Origin: a bacterium
GTDB taxonomy: Bacteria; Hinthialibacterota; Hinthialibacteria; Hinthialibacterales; Hinthialibacteraceae
Assembly: GCA_963663405.2 (NCBI GenBank)
Contig: CAXXSM010000012.1
Location: forward strand, 1-64,000
Direction: 5' to 3'
Length of the DNA stretch: 64,000 nucleotides
The translations under genes were made by a program, and so were the position numbers. This document shows, one piece after another, positions 19,091-29,292 of the stretch (the first letter of the stretch is position 1; every line of letters starts with the position of its first letter). The notes below the pieces were generated by a model that saw only the letters and a list, made by a program, of their open reading frames with translations, had not been told where the DNA came from and searched no databases.

Positions 19091-21196
19091 TCACGATCCA
19101 GGCCCCTTCAACAAACGGTAGAAACGCACTCTCTCCGTCTGGTAAGGAAGCTGGTACGACATTAGCAATTCGAAATAGTCTGGATTCGAGAGATAGAATC
19201 GATGGCCCAACGATTGTGTGATGGGATGCGTTTCTTCGTCAGGAATGTAAAGATAATACTGGATTCCACGCGCAAGCAGTTCTTGGTGCACTTTTGGATA
19301 TGGCTTGCCATAAAGATATAGAATCCCGCAGTCATCCAGATGGATGATCTGAAGATCGTCCCGGTAGACGTGATACCGGTTGTCGTGCGTCAAGATTTTG
19401 GCTCCTGGTTCAACCTTTTCATTAATAAACCGCCAAACCGGCGCGTCTCTGGGAAACGTATAGTGATAAAAATCCTCAGGCGCCAAACCAGGATGATGGA
19501 AAAAAGGCAAATCGGGGCTCTTCATCTTGGAACCCATGATTGAATACGTAATCCCCGGCGAAAATCCCGCGATGAGAATCATCACGCCGAACCAATGAAC
19601 GATCCGGCGGGAGCCGGTTTCCTGCAAAAAACGGCCCATGAAGACCGCCAGAATGGGAAACACGGCGATGATGTGATAGAGATACAATCCTGACAAGACA
19701 TATTGATAGAAAAGGTAGAGAAACACCAAAACACCCATGACGACAAAAAACGGCCGCTCCCGTTTCCATCCGAGGAGGAAAGAGGGAAATAGAATCCCCC
19801 CCGCGAGTGGAGCCACACGCCAGTTAGCGATAAAAAAACCGGGGCTGTTCAGCAGCCGTTCCCACAAATTCCTGCCCAGATAGGAAAAATCGCCATGCGC
19901 TCTCCATTCGTTATTGCATGAACGCAGTACATCTGGATCAATGTTTTTCCCCCCGAAAATCGACGGGAAAAAGGCGTAAACCGGATTGCCGGTTACTATC
20001 CAGTTTCGAACGGACCAGATAAGAGCCAGTCCAAACCAGAACGCAAACGATCCAATAACGCAGCGCCAGCCGCCTGATTCGTTGAATAATTCCGTACGGC
20101 GCATCCAAATCGCGAGCGCCAGACAAGGCCACACAATCCACCCTAGATAATTGATATGCGGCGCGATCGCGCAGCAGCAGAGAAGAGGCTGCAGGCTTTT
20201 ACAAGACGAATTATGAAGAAACCAGTACACAAAGAGCATAAAAAGCCCTGTAAAAACCATCACCAACGAATAATCAGAAGCCCAGATCGTATAAGATGTG
20301 ACATAGGGAAGCGTCCGGAAACTCAATGCGGAAAGCATCGCGATCAGACGGTTTTTCCACATCGCCAACACGAGGTAATAAACCACTATCACCGCCCCCA
20401 GCGCCGCGAATGGGCATATAAACTGTCCGTATAAATCCGACCAGGATCCAAACAGCGTCGCCGTCACCGCTTGATGAAGAGGATAGAGATGCGGATAATT
20501 GGCGCCCAGCCCCAATCCCACCTGCAGACAGACGAGGATGGGAAAACCACCATTTTTATACGTTCGTTCCGCATACTCGACGTAATAGATCAACGCGTCC
20601 CAATAATCGACGGGAAAGAAAACCGCATGATAGAAACTTAGGACGGTGATCACCGTCAGGCAGACAAAGGCGCCCCAGTAGAGAACGCGGCTTGTTAAAC
20701 TTTCGTCTTGATCCACGTCTGTTTGAAAACAAGCATCGCTCGTTCCCCACATTCGATGCAGCGCGCACAATCCCGCAATAAGAACGAGTAAAGTCAACCA
20801 AGCGGTCCATATGTTGAGCAGGAAGAATATCGCAAGTAATTCCAAAACAAACGTCGCCAATCCGATTCCCATGAAAATTCCGGCAATCCCTTCTAACACA
20901 CGGGGCAGCCGCACAAACAATCGTAAAAACAGTACGCCGATCGCGCCGTGCAAGATCAAAGAAATGCCCTCGAATACAATCGCGCTCCAAAATCCTTCTG
21001 GAAACCGGAAAAGCGAATCGAAAACAAGTTTGTTAAGCGCTCGGAAAAAAGAAGGAACCGTATACAATAAATCTCTCGTTTCCACCTGGAGAAAAAAAAG
21101 AATCAGGCAAATCCCCAACCAAGTCAGGATAAAATAGGAAACCAGCTGCCCAAAGAGAACAGAATTAGCATTGGAACGATCTTCACTAGGATTCAC
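19091..21196 (-). CDS. Multi-TM GT-C-type (ArnT/PMT-like) membrane protein
   Basis: PVDYWDALIYY, NYPHLYP, RNWIVTGNPVYAFF motifs; many TM helices; periplasmic C-terminal domain. Confidence 0.65.
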   Translation of the reverse strand: MNPSEDRSNANSVLFGQLVSYFILTWLGICLILFFLQVETRDLLYTVPSFFRALNKLVFDSLFRFPEGFWSAIVFEGISLILHGAIGVLFLRLFVRLPRVLEGIAGIFMGIGLATFVLELLAIFFLLNIWTAWLTLLVLIAGLCALHRMWGTSDACFQTDVDQDESLTSRVLYWGAFVCLTVITVLSFYHAVFFPVDYWDALIYYVEYAERTYKNGGFPILVCLQVGLGLGANYPHLYPLHQAVTATLFGSWSDLYGQFICPFAALGAVIVVYYLVLAMWKNRLIAMLSALSFRTLPYVTSYTIWASDYSLVMVFTGLFMLFVYWFLHNSSCKSLQPLLCCCAIAPHINYLGWIVWPCLALAIWMRRTELFNESGGWRCVIGSFAFWFGLALIWSVRNWIVTGNPVYAFFPSIFGGKNIDPDVLRSCNNEWRAHGDFSYLGRNLWERLLNSPGFFIANWRVAPLAGGILFPSFLLGWKRERPFFVVMGVLVFLYLFYQYVLSGLYLYHIIAVFPILAVFMGRFLQETGSRRIVHWFGVMILIAGFSPGITYSIMGSKMKSPDLPFFHHPGLAPEDFYHYTFPRDAPVWRFINEKVEPGAKILTHDNRYHVYRDDLQIIHLDDCGILYLYGKPYPKVHQELLARGIQYYLYIPDEETHPITQSLGHRFYLSNPDYFELLMSYQLPYQTERVRFYRLLKGPGS

Positions 21197-21411
21197 GAAT
21201 TGTTTTAACCCCCTTTTTCAAACTGAAAACCACAGCGGCGGTGGAAATAAATATTATTGCTGAACCATGCGCTGCACTGAACGATTGGAACCATTTCGCA
21301 TTATACTTGAAAAAGATAAGATTGTCTTTTGACGCGTTCCTCTCAACCGGATTCGGGGAAAGGATAGAGAAGCGATTCAATACAGCGTTATCTGCAGTGG
21401 AAGGAGATGTC

Positions 21412-21894
21412 ATGTCATCGGAAAGCGGTGAGAAGCAAAATCTTGAAACGATCTTAAGCCGATACTGTCAGGAGATGAGAGCATGGGCGAAAGGGTGGCT
21501 GGAAAGCAATTTTCATAAAGAATTGCCGGTGGACGAGAAGGGTGAACTGAATTTAGGTGTAAGTGATGACGCGCTGGATATATGGGCTCCCAACGAACAG
21601 GCGATTGAATTTTCCGAAGAGATCGCTCGTGACTATATCGCGCCCATTCTCACCGGCGGAGGGGGAGAACCAGACGAAGCGGATATCATCGCCGCAGAAG
21701 AGATCGCCTATAACAGCATCGTTCCCATTCTGCATGATTCATTTATCGAGGAAATTCTTCTACAAAAGTTGAAAATGGAAAAAATCTCTACGCTGGTCTG
21801 GAAAGAAGTGAAAGGCTCACGGTCTATGAAAGGAATCGTTCGAAATATCATAAAAGATATCTATGACGAACAAACGAACGAAGTGGAGAGTTAA
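21412..21894 (+). CDS. Hypothetical acidic cytoplasmic protein
   Basis: GGAG RBS before ATG 21412, in frame with ORF 21241-21894. Confidence 0.65.
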   Translation: MSSESGEKQNLETILSRYCQEMRAWAKGWLESNFHKELPVDEKGELNLGVSDDALDIWAPNEQAIEFSEEIARDYIAPILTGGGGEPDEADIIAAEEIAYNSIVPILHDSFIEEILLQKLKMEKISTLVWKEVKGSRSMKGIVRNIIKDIYDEQTNEVES

Positions 21895-22238
21895 TCATTT
21901 TTTACGATTTGGTGAATACATATCACAACTTCATTGGACAGGTTCGTCTGAAGCGTTTGCAGATCTTTACAAATTGAAACCAGTTTCTCGATCTCATCGG
22001 GAGCCGCGTTTCTATCCCTCGCCTCTTCAACAAGGGCTTCTGCTTTCCTCAATATGGATTGACAATCGGCGAGATTCTCGTGAATCCCCCGAATTAGATT
22101 CACATTGGCTTGAATGGTCTCATGATATTTCTTATCTTCCTCTTCAAATAATAGGGATACATTCTTCTCAAACTCATCAAAATAGGGAGCGCCATCTCTG
22201 AAAAAACGATGAACGCTGGCTTTTTTCTTTTCGCTCAT
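21891..22238 (-). CDS. Hypothetical coiled-coil protein
   Basis: 115-aa ORF with GAGG RBS, helical composition, downstream of purC. Confidence 0.65.
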   Translation of the reverse strand: MSEKKKASVHRFFRDGAPYFDEFEKNVSLLFEEEDKKYHETIQANVNLIRGIHENLADCQSILRKAEALVEEARDRNAAPDEIEKLVSICKDLQTLQTNLSNEVVICIHQIVKND

Positions 22239-22316
22239 TGGTTATCCTCTTTTTATTGTATTCTAGAAAGATATGAAAACGGACTTAATAGAATTAACAT
22301 AGATCCTACCGGTTTC

Positions 22317-23213
22317 TCATTCTGGATTCCACTTTTTCTGGGTGATTCTCTCATACGCTTCGATGTATCGCTTACGCGTGTTTTCAACAATATCATCCGT
22401 TAAATCGGGAGGGGGTGGATTCCGGTCCCAGTTGACGCTATTCAGATAATCACGAACGAATTGTTTATCCAACGCTTCCTGTGGTTGACCAGGGGTGTAG
22501 GTATCCTCCAGCCAGAAGCGGGAGGAATCGGGAGTCAGGATCTCATCAATCAAAATAATCTCATCGTCCAGAAAACCGAATTCGAACTTCGTGTCGGCGA
22601 TGATCACGCCTCGTTCTCGAGCGGCCTTAGCCGCGCTTTTATAAAGTTCCAAACTGCGATCCCTCAATTCATCCGCCTCCCAGCCCCCCACCTGCAGAAC
22701 GGCTTCTTCAAAGGATATATTGATATCATGACCATCATGACTTTTCGTGGCGGGTGTAAAGATCGGTTCCGGCAATTCATCCGACTCTTTCAAGCCGGAT
22801 GGCAGCAGGATCCCGCATACGGTTTGATCTTTCTGATACTCCACCCAAGCCGAACCGGATAGATATCCACGTACGACACACTCAATCAATACAGGTTCGG
22901 CCTTCTTAGTCAACATTGTACGATGGTAGAGCTGGTCCGGATGAGACCGGAACGGTTCGGGTAAATCCTCTACATCAGTTGAAATGAGATGGTTGGGCTT
23001 GGCTTCGGGAATCGTATCCATCCAATGCTTCGTCATTTGCGTGAGGATGGCGCCTTTATCGGGAATCCCTTGAGGAAGAATGCTGTCGTAAGCGCTGATA
23101 CGATCGGTCGCCACAAGAAGAAGACGGTCGCCAAGGTCAAAAATATCTCGCACTTTTCCTGTACGTATCGGGGAGACACCAGGTATCGTTATAGTGGTCA
23201 ATGCTGTGTTCAT
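22317..23213 (-). CDS. purC: Phosphoribosylaminoimidazole-succinocarboxamide synthase
   Basis: GKVRDIF, ATDRISAYD, ECVVRGYLSGS, IADTKFEFG, DEILTPDSSRFW, DKQFVRDYL. Confidence 0.97.
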   Translation of the reverse strand: MNTALTTITIPGVSPIRTGKVRDIFDLGDRLLLVATDRISAYDSILPQGIPDKGAILTQMTKHWMDTIPEAKPNHLISTDVEDLPEPFRSHPDQLYHRTMLTKKAEPVLIECVVRGYLSGSAWVEYQKDQTVCGILLPSGLKESDELPEPIFTPATKSHDGHDINISFEEAVLQVGGWEADELRDRSLELYKSAAKAARERGVIIADTKFEFGFLDDEIILIDEILTPDSSRFWLEDTYTPGQPQEALDKQFVRDYLNSVNWDRNPPPPDLTDDIVENTRKRYIEAYERITQKKWNPE

Positions 23214-23306
23214 GATTCATCCCTTTCTTTCCCGTCAGGAATCAAAGTAAACAATGATTTTATCGTAAACATCCACAGAACTGAAGCATTGTAACTGCAT
23301 TTCCAT

Positions 23307-24305
23307 TTATACTTTTCGAAGAGATTCCGCCGCTTTCTCCGGAGGCATGGTGTTGATATAAAACCCGGTTCCCCACTCGAATCCAGCGGCTTTCGTAATT
23401 TTAGGCGCGATTTCCAAACGCCAATGATAATACGGGAATTCATCGCCCGGCGCCCGGAGAGGGGACGTGTGCAGCATAAAATTATAGGCCGGATCGTTTA
23501 AATGCGTTTTAATCCGGAATAATACATCCTTCAGCAGAGACGCGAAAGAAACAATCTTGTGTTCTTCAATGGTCTCGAAATGACTCTGGTGCTGTTTGGG
23601 AAGAATCCATGTTTCGTAAGCGGCTCGTGACGCATAAGGCGCGATCGCGATAAAATCCTCATTTTCCACAATCACCCGGATTCCACTCTTCCGTTCCTGC
23701 TGGATAATCTCGCAAAAGACACAGCGGGAATTCTTGGTAAAAAACGCGCCCGCGCCCGCGAGTTCTTCTTTCAACCGTTTCGGGACAATCGGCAGGCCGA
23801 CAATTTGCGAATGAGGATGATTGAGCGACGCCCCCGCTTCCCTACCGTGGTTCTTGAAGATCAGAATATAATGCAGGCGGGTATCGTCACGAAGCGCCGC
23901 CATACGCTCCTTGTAGGCGTGAACGATCCGCTCGACTTGTGGCAGATCAAAATCCGCGATTGAAAGGTCATGTTCCGGCGACTCAATAACAACCTCATGC
24001 GCGCCGGTCCCATTCATTCGGACATAGATTCCATCCTCTTCCGGAGCCGGATCTTTCCCAGGCGCAAGCGCTGGGTATTTATTGGGCACAACGCGGATCA
24101 GCCATTGTTTATTTTGCCATCCCCCATTCGTTGATGGAAAGACCAGGATTGGTTCCAACGTTTTATCTTCCGCGCCGGGACAGAACGGACATAATCCCTG
24201 AATGGTCTTCTGCTCCTGTTGAATAAAATCCATCGGACGGTCCCCCCGCTCAGCGGCGATGATCACCCAACGGCCGATCACAGGATCTTTTCTCAATTCC
24301 GGCAT
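23307..24305 (-). CDS. galT: Galactose-1-phosphate uridylyltransferase
   Basis: MPELRKDP start, CPFCPG, RVVPNKYPAL, AGASLNHPHSQ active-site motif, AGFEWGTG. Confidence 0.93.
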   Translation of the reverse strand: MPELRKDPVIGRWVIIAAERGDRPMDFIQQEQKTIQGLCPFCPGAEDKTLEPILVFPSTNGGWQNKQWLIRVVPNKYPALAPGKDPAPEEDGIYVRMNGTGAHEVVIESPEHDLSIADFDLPQVERIVHAYKERMAALRDDTRLHYILIFKNHGREAGASLNHPHSQIVGLPIVPKRLKEELAGAGAFFTKNSRCVFCEIIQQERKSGIRVIVENEDFIAIAPYASRAAYETWILPKQHQSHFETIEEHKIVSFASLLKDVLFRIKTHLNDPAYNFMLHTSPLRAPGDEFPYYHWRLEIAPKITKAAGFEWGTGFYINTMPPEKAAESLRKV

Positions 24306-24415
24306 CCACGGCTCCTTCCAACACGCCAAGTAAAATAGGGATAGAATCTTTTAACAGTGTATTCAATTCTTGAGCGATTCCTAGGATTCCTTGGGCCGTT
24401 CGTTTGAAAATGAAT

Positions 24416-24445
24416 CTGCCAAGATAGAGAATTCAGAGGTATAAT
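24416..24445 (+). promoter_or_regulatory. rnpB promoter
   Basis: CTGCCA-N18-TATAAT about 10 nt upstream of the RNase P RNA 5' end. Confidence 0.6.
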
Positions 24446-24454
24446 GCTATCCAG

Positions 24455-24811
24455 CGGGGGGAGGAGGCGATCGCGGGACGGTCTACACCGTTTCGAGGAA
24501 AGTCCGGACTCCACAGAGCGGGACGCTGGGTAACACCCAGGGGGGGAAACCCCACGGAAAGCGCCACAGAAAAGATACCGCCCGCGTCAGCGGGTAAGGG
24601 TGAAATGGTGGGGTAAGAGCCCACCGCGGTTCCGGGTGACCGGACCGGCACGGCAAGCCCCGTCCGGAGCAACGTCAAATAGGGGAGGAGGAGTGGCTCG
24701 CTCCATTCCGCGTCAGCGGACAACTCCCGGGTAGGCGGCATGAGACCGCCGGTAACGGCGGCCCCAGATAAATGATCGCCCTCGACAGAATCCGGCTTAC
24801 ACCTCCCCCCG
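24455..24811 (+). ncRNA. rnpB: RNase P RNA (bacterial type A)
   Basis: GAGGAAAGTCCGGACT and ACAGAATCCGGCTTA universal motifs; GGAAAGCGCCACAGAAA; GGTAAGAGCCCACC; P1 pairing CGGGGGGAGG/CCTCCCCCCG. Confidence 0.98.
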
Positions 24812-24840
24812 GATTTTCAATTTTTTAATGGATCTAAGCA

Positions 24841-24868
24841 ATGGAGCGCAGGCGTCCCGCCCGCAAAA
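24841..24868 (+). repeat. REP-like palindrome, copy 1
   Basis: ATGGAGCGCAGGCGTCCCGCCCGCAAAA; matches copies at 37110, 41175(-) and 43423. Confidence 0.8.
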
Positions 24869-24901
24869 GAAATTCTAAATTCTCTCACAATTCCGGTCAA
24901 T

Positions 24902-25654
24902 CTACTTTTTCCTCGCCAACACCACTAGCGACAAACCAATCGGCAATCCTCTCCCAATCACAAATGGCAGTTCACTTGTAAAAAGCCGGATCAGAAGCCG
25001 GTTGATGCGTGGATGGTGATGCATATTGTCGGGACGCGCGCGGTGGTTCTTTTCTTTGATGAACCAGCGCCGGATACGGCGGTACCAACGCCAGATAAAA
25101 GCCGCGGGGAGTAATACAGCGTTCATGAACGAGTGGTGAACAAGTTCAAAGCCATTCGCTTCAATCATGATTAAAAGGCGTTTGGGCAGGTACCGGCGCT
25201 TATGCTCATTGATCTCGTCGTGTTCCCCCCAGAGAGATGGGTAGACCGGCACAGTAACGAGCAAACACCCTCCTGGTTTGCAGACACGGGCGATCTCCTG
25301 AAGCGCCTTCTCGTCGTCTTCGATATGCTCTAACACGTCCAACGCGGTCACAAGGTCAAATAACCCATCTTCGTATGGCAAGTCCAAGAGACTCGCCTCT
25401 TGGACGTTTCTCTCATTCCGCAGGTGACAGAATCGGATCGCTTCCGGAGAATTGTCAACACCGGTCACGGCGCCGAATTCAGCGAGCCAGGCGAGATTGA
25501 CGCCTGTGCCGCAGCCCGCGTCGAGTATCTTCCAGCCAGACGTGTCAGTAGGGAGAACCTTTTGAAGCAAAGCGAATAAAATTTTCCGCCGGCTGACAAA
25601 CCACCAGTTGCCGCTCTCGAATTCGTAATAATCTGAATAGTAATCTTCCCGCAC
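24902..25654 (-). CDS. Class I SAM-dependent methyltransferase (surface-glycan associated type)
   Basis: ILDAGCGTG, FDLVTALDVLEHIEDD, KPGG, LWGEHDEINEHKRRY. Confidence 0.9.
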   Translation of the reverse strand: MREDYYSDYYEFESGNWWFVSRRKILFALLQKVLPTDTSGWKILDAGCGTGVNLAWLAEFGAVTGVDNSPEAIRFCHLRNERNVQEASLLDLPYEDGLFDLVTALDVLEHIEDDEKALQEIARVCKPGGCLLVTVPVYPSLWGEHDEINEHKRRYLPKRLLIMIEANGFELVHHSFMNAVLLPAAFIWRWYRRIRRWFIKEKNHRARPDNMHHHPRINRLLIRLFTSELPFVIGRGLPIGLSLVVLARKK

Positions 25655-25853
25655 AGTCTAAAATAAATTCCTTCTCGATCCAAACAATTCGTTGGAAATT
25701 GTTCTGATGGGATTTTGTGATTGTATTGACTTTTTCACGTTCCACCAACCTGAATAGCGCAATTCTCCGATTCCGTCCAATAAAAAAAGAGGAAACCACT
25801 CTTAATGATTTCCTCTTGGTTTACTCGATTGATTGCGCGCAGAATCGCGCAGG

Positions 25854-26999
25854 TTATTTCATGATCGATAATCCCCGCAGGGGCGAGGTGGATTCGCGCA
25901 ATAAAAGCCGCTGTGGGACTTTGATGATTCGTTCTTCACTCGGTTCCGTGTCCTGTTTTTTCGCTTGAATTTCTTTCAGAAGAACGCGGAAGAGGGTATC
26001 GACGAGTTCAGCCGTAGCCGGCGCTACTGTCGTCAACCGCGGATGAGAATAATGACCCGCTAAATTGTCTCCATGACCGATTAGGGCCATATCTTCGGGA
26101 ATGCGGATTCCGATGGAACTCAGCCCTCTGGCCGCTTCCAGCGCCGTCGCGTCATCGAACGCCAATATCGCCGTCGGCGCTTCAGCACCGCTGAACGCTT
26201 GTTTGATACGATCGGTATGAACCGGCCAATCTTTGAATATAGAAGGCTTCATGACCCACTCATCCGGATTCCAGAGACCACGGTCTTTCATTTCATCTTT
26301 GTAAGCGTTCCAACGTTCGATCACGGGACCGAAATCGCATTCGCTTCCCTTGGGACCGATATAAGCGACGCGGTTGTGTCCGAGTTCAAACAAATAATCC
26401 AGCGCGCTTTTCGTTCCTTCGTAGTAATCGCTTTGGACACAAAGCAAAGGCGGATCGAAACGCTCGGTTACTTTTTCCGTAATGAGTACAGGGATTTTGT
26501 TCTTCCCGAAAACAGAGGCGACTCCGACATGCCGTTTCGGCGCGATCGGCGTCCAGACCAACGCGTCAATGCTTTTTTCAAACAAAAGGCGGGATTGATT
26601 CAGTTCAACTTCTTCATCATCCGGCGCGTACATCGCGATGACTTGGATATGGTGAGTGTGCGCTTCATTGATGAATTCAACCGCGAATTCTTGAGAATAT
26701 GCGTTTGACAGTGGAAGGAGCAGCCCGATAGTGATTTGTTCGTTGATGTTTTCAGTGATCGAGTCGGAACGTTTGACAACAAACGTACCACTCCCCTGGC
26801 GAGAGAGCAGCCAGCCTTGCCGTTCCAGTTCGGAAACAGCGCGGGTTACAGTGCTCAAACTTATATCGAACTCTCTCATCAATTGTTCGCGGGTGGGAAG
26901 AGGATCGCCAGGTTTTAATTTTCCTTCTTCAATCTGTTCCCTCAACTTAATCATGAGTTGGACGTATTTAGGAATACGCAATGATTCAAAATTGTTCAC
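25854..26999 (-). CDS. GntR-HTH/LacI-type effector-domain transcriptional regulator (AraR-like)
   Basis: PKYVQL...LKPGDPLPT...SLSTVTRAVSELERQGWLLSRQGSGTFV plus LGHNRVAYI, PTAILAFDD, IPEDMALIGHGD, LLLREST. Confidence 0.9.
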   Translation of the reverse strand: MNNFESLRIPKYVQLMIKLREQIEEGKLKPGDPLPTREQLMREFDISLSTVTRAVSELERQGWLLSRQGSGTFVVKRSDSITENINEQITIGLLLPLSNAYSQEFAVEFINEAHTHHIQVIAMYAPDDEEVELNQSRLLFEKSIDALVWTPIAPKRHVGVASVFGKNKIPVLITEKVTERFDPPLLCVQSDYYEGTKSALDYLFELGHNRVAYIGPKGSECDFGPVIERWNAYKDEMKDRGLWNPDEWVMKPSIFKDWPVHTDRIKQAFSGAEAPTAILAFDDATALEAARGLSSIGIRIPEDMALIGHGDNLAGHYSHPRLTTVAPATAELVDTLFRVLLKEIQAKKQDTEPSEERIIKVPQRLLLRESTSPLRGLSIMK

Positions 27000-27210
27000 A
27001 GTATCACCTCGATTATGCTATGTTGCGTTTTCAGTAATGTGTACGAGTGAATATAATAGCCATTAGAATGGAGACATGGAATAGCTATAATTCGATGTTT
27101 TTCATTTGTCGTTATAGAAATTCTTTTGGTTCCTTCCTTTACGTAATTTATCCATTTGTATTGCATTTAGTAAAGCAACAAATTGATTTCTTTACATGTT
27201 TTATTAGAAA

Positions 27211-27239
27211 ATCATAGCCATTTCCTCCGTGTTTGGCAA
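27211..27239 (-). promoter_or_regulatory. Sigma70-type promoter of the GntR/LacI regulator
   Basis: Minus strand TTGCCA-N17-TATGAT. Confidence 0.6.
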
Positions 27240-27567
27240 CCTTTAAAATAGTAATTCGCTTATTCTAACTATTTTCTACTAAAAAAACACTCTTGTTTTG
27301 TTCCACTATTCCAAAGGAAGTAATGAATCAATACGTTTTTCTGGAATTATCTTGTCAATGATACGGAAGGATTAAGTTACGTGATATGTAGTTTAAATCG
27401 CCTTGGACGTTTCTTCCTATATCCCATTGGGAATAAAAGACCATTAACCACATAACGCCGATTAAATATTATTATATATATCTCATTTTCCGTTTTTTGT
27501 CAGAAAACAGATTCATTTTTTTGAAGAAATGTGAAGAAATTCTAGTTCGTACTAACGCAGGAATGGA

Positions 27568-28104
27568 TTAAGCAGTGACAAATGTATAAATAATAAATCC
27601 AACGACGGCAAGAAAAGCAAAGAAAAGAAGCAAGGTCAACCATAGTGGAATTCCTGTCTCTTCAACAGTCATCTTGTCCGTTGGGAACGCTTGTTCCCAC
27701 TCATGGCCGGTAATGTTCAGTTTATCTCCTTTGGATTGACCTGATAGAGCGGACGAATCTATGGATACAGTGGAATCGGCGTCTTCCTGAGAGATCTCTT
27801 GTGAAAGGCGTTCTTTCGCTTCCGCTGACCGGAGTTGACTTCGATGAGGCGGTTTTTCGGGCGTCACCCCTTTTAATCCAGACGCCATAAGAAAAGTCTT
27901 CTCATGCTTGGGATCGAAGACCAATGCTAAATCGTAGTGGTATTTAGCATAGGAGAACTGCTGGAGCGAGCTATAACACAATCCGATAAAGAAATGAATA
28001 TCCGGATTTTCTTTATCGTTTTCCAACGCCAATAAGAGCGCGTCAAGAGCGTCCTCAAATTGTGCGCTTTTAGCGAGTTGTTTCCCTTTTTCTAATAGAT
28101 CCAT
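27568..28104 (-). CDS. TPR protein with C-terminal membrane anchor
   Basis: Two N-terminal TPRs, polar linker, C-terminal hydrophobic helix. Confidence 0.8.
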   Translation of the reverse strand: MDLLEKGKQLAKSAQFEDALDALLLALENDKENPDIHFFIGLCYSSLQQFSYAKYHYDLALVFDPKHEKTFLMASGLKGVTPEKPPHRSQLRSAEAKERLSQEISQEDADSTVSIDSSALSGQSKGDKLNITGHEWEQAFPTDKMTVEETGIPLWLTLLLFFAFLAVVGFIIYTFVTA

Positions 28105-28226
28105 CCTTGAATAACCTTATAAATTGATAGCAGGACCTTTTTTGGCTCTGTATCTTCTAAAGATATATAGCACAAAATAGTGGAATAGACAGGAACGCAT
28201 GACAACTTATGACACAAATGGAAGTT

Positions 28227-29216
28227 CTATGATCCCTGTTCCCATACCTCTGGATTCAGCAGATTGGGGGGACGTCTACCTTCAAAATATGCGATGATAT
28301 TGTCGGCGGCCATGAGTCCCATACGTGTGCGAGTAGAAGTCGTGGCGCTGCCGATATGCGGACAGAGAACGGCGTTTGGCAATGGAATCAATTCAGGATG
28401 GACTTTGGGTTCCTCTTCATACACGTCAAGTCCAGCGCCCCAAATCCATTGGTTCTTCAGCGCTTGAACGAGGGCCTCTTCATCAACAATCGGACCACGG
28501 GCGGTGTTGATCAAAATCGCATGGGGCTGCATCATCCGCAATTCCCGCTCTCCGATCATATGAATTGTATCGGGAGTCATCGGGACATGAATACTCACAT
28601 AATCGCTTTTTTGGAGAAGTTCCTCCAGAGAAACGTGTTCAGCGGTATGCGGATAGGATTCTTCAAATTCCGTATTCCGCCGGTTGGAATAGTAAAGAAT
28701 ATTCATCCCAAACGCGGCGCCACGCCGCGCGAAGGCCTGGCCGATTCGTCCCAGACCGATCACGCCAAGAGTCGTTCCCGTGATATCCTGTCCAAGAAAA
28801 TGAAGCGGACCCCAGCCCTCAAACTTACCTGCGCGGAGATAATTATCCGACTCGACGATCCGGCGGGCCGTAGCCATCAAAAGCGACCAGGCCAGATCGG
28901 CGGTCGCGTCTGTAAGAACGCCGGGAGTGTTGGTGATGGCAATGCGCCGCCGTGTCGCTTCTTCTAAATCAATGTTGTTGAAACCGACCGCGTAGTTGGC
29001 GATGATTTTCGCTTGATCCGCCCGTTCCAACACTTCCCGGTCAATAAAATCGGTCAGAATACAGAGAATTCCATCGCGCCCTCCGGCTTTATCAAGAAGA
29101 ACAGAGCGGGGAATCACTTGGTCTTCCGGGTATACTTCAACATCGAAGTTTGCGTCTGTTAATCGATCGATCACCGGTTGAGGCAGAGATCGGGTTACAT
29201 AGATTCGTTTAGCCAT
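28227..29216 (-). CDS. D-glycerate dehydrogenase / glyoxylate reductase (D-2-hydroxyacid dehydrogenase)
   Basis: AVGFNNID, TNTPGVLTDATAD, GLGRIG, INTARG, GLDVYEEEP, PHIGSAT. Confidence 0.93.
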   Translation of the reverse strand: MAKRIYVTRSLPQPVIDRLTDANFDVEVYPEDQVIPRSVLLDKAGGRDGILCILTDFIDREVLERADQAKIIANYAVGFNNIDLEEATRRRIAITNTPGVLTDATADLAWSLLMATARRIVESDNYLRAGKFEGWGPLHFLGQDITGTTLGVIGLGRIGQAFARRGAAFGMNILYYSNRRNTEFEESYPHTAEHVSLEELLQKSDYVSIHVPMTPDTIHMIGERELRMMQPHAILINTARGPIVDEEALVQALKNQWIWGAGLDVYEEEPKVHPELIPLPNAVLCPHIGSATTSTRTRMGLMAADNIIAYFEGRRPPNLLNPEVWEQGS

Positions 29217-29292
29217 AACTAAAACTCTCCACTTTTTTGTCTAACAAAGGTTTTGAATATAAGAGGTATGAAAGCCGTTCTTCGTAAGAGAA

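Noticed and set aside
24433-24741. 102-aa minus-strand ORF (and 24293-24514)
   Set aside because: Antisense shadow of the RNase P RNA
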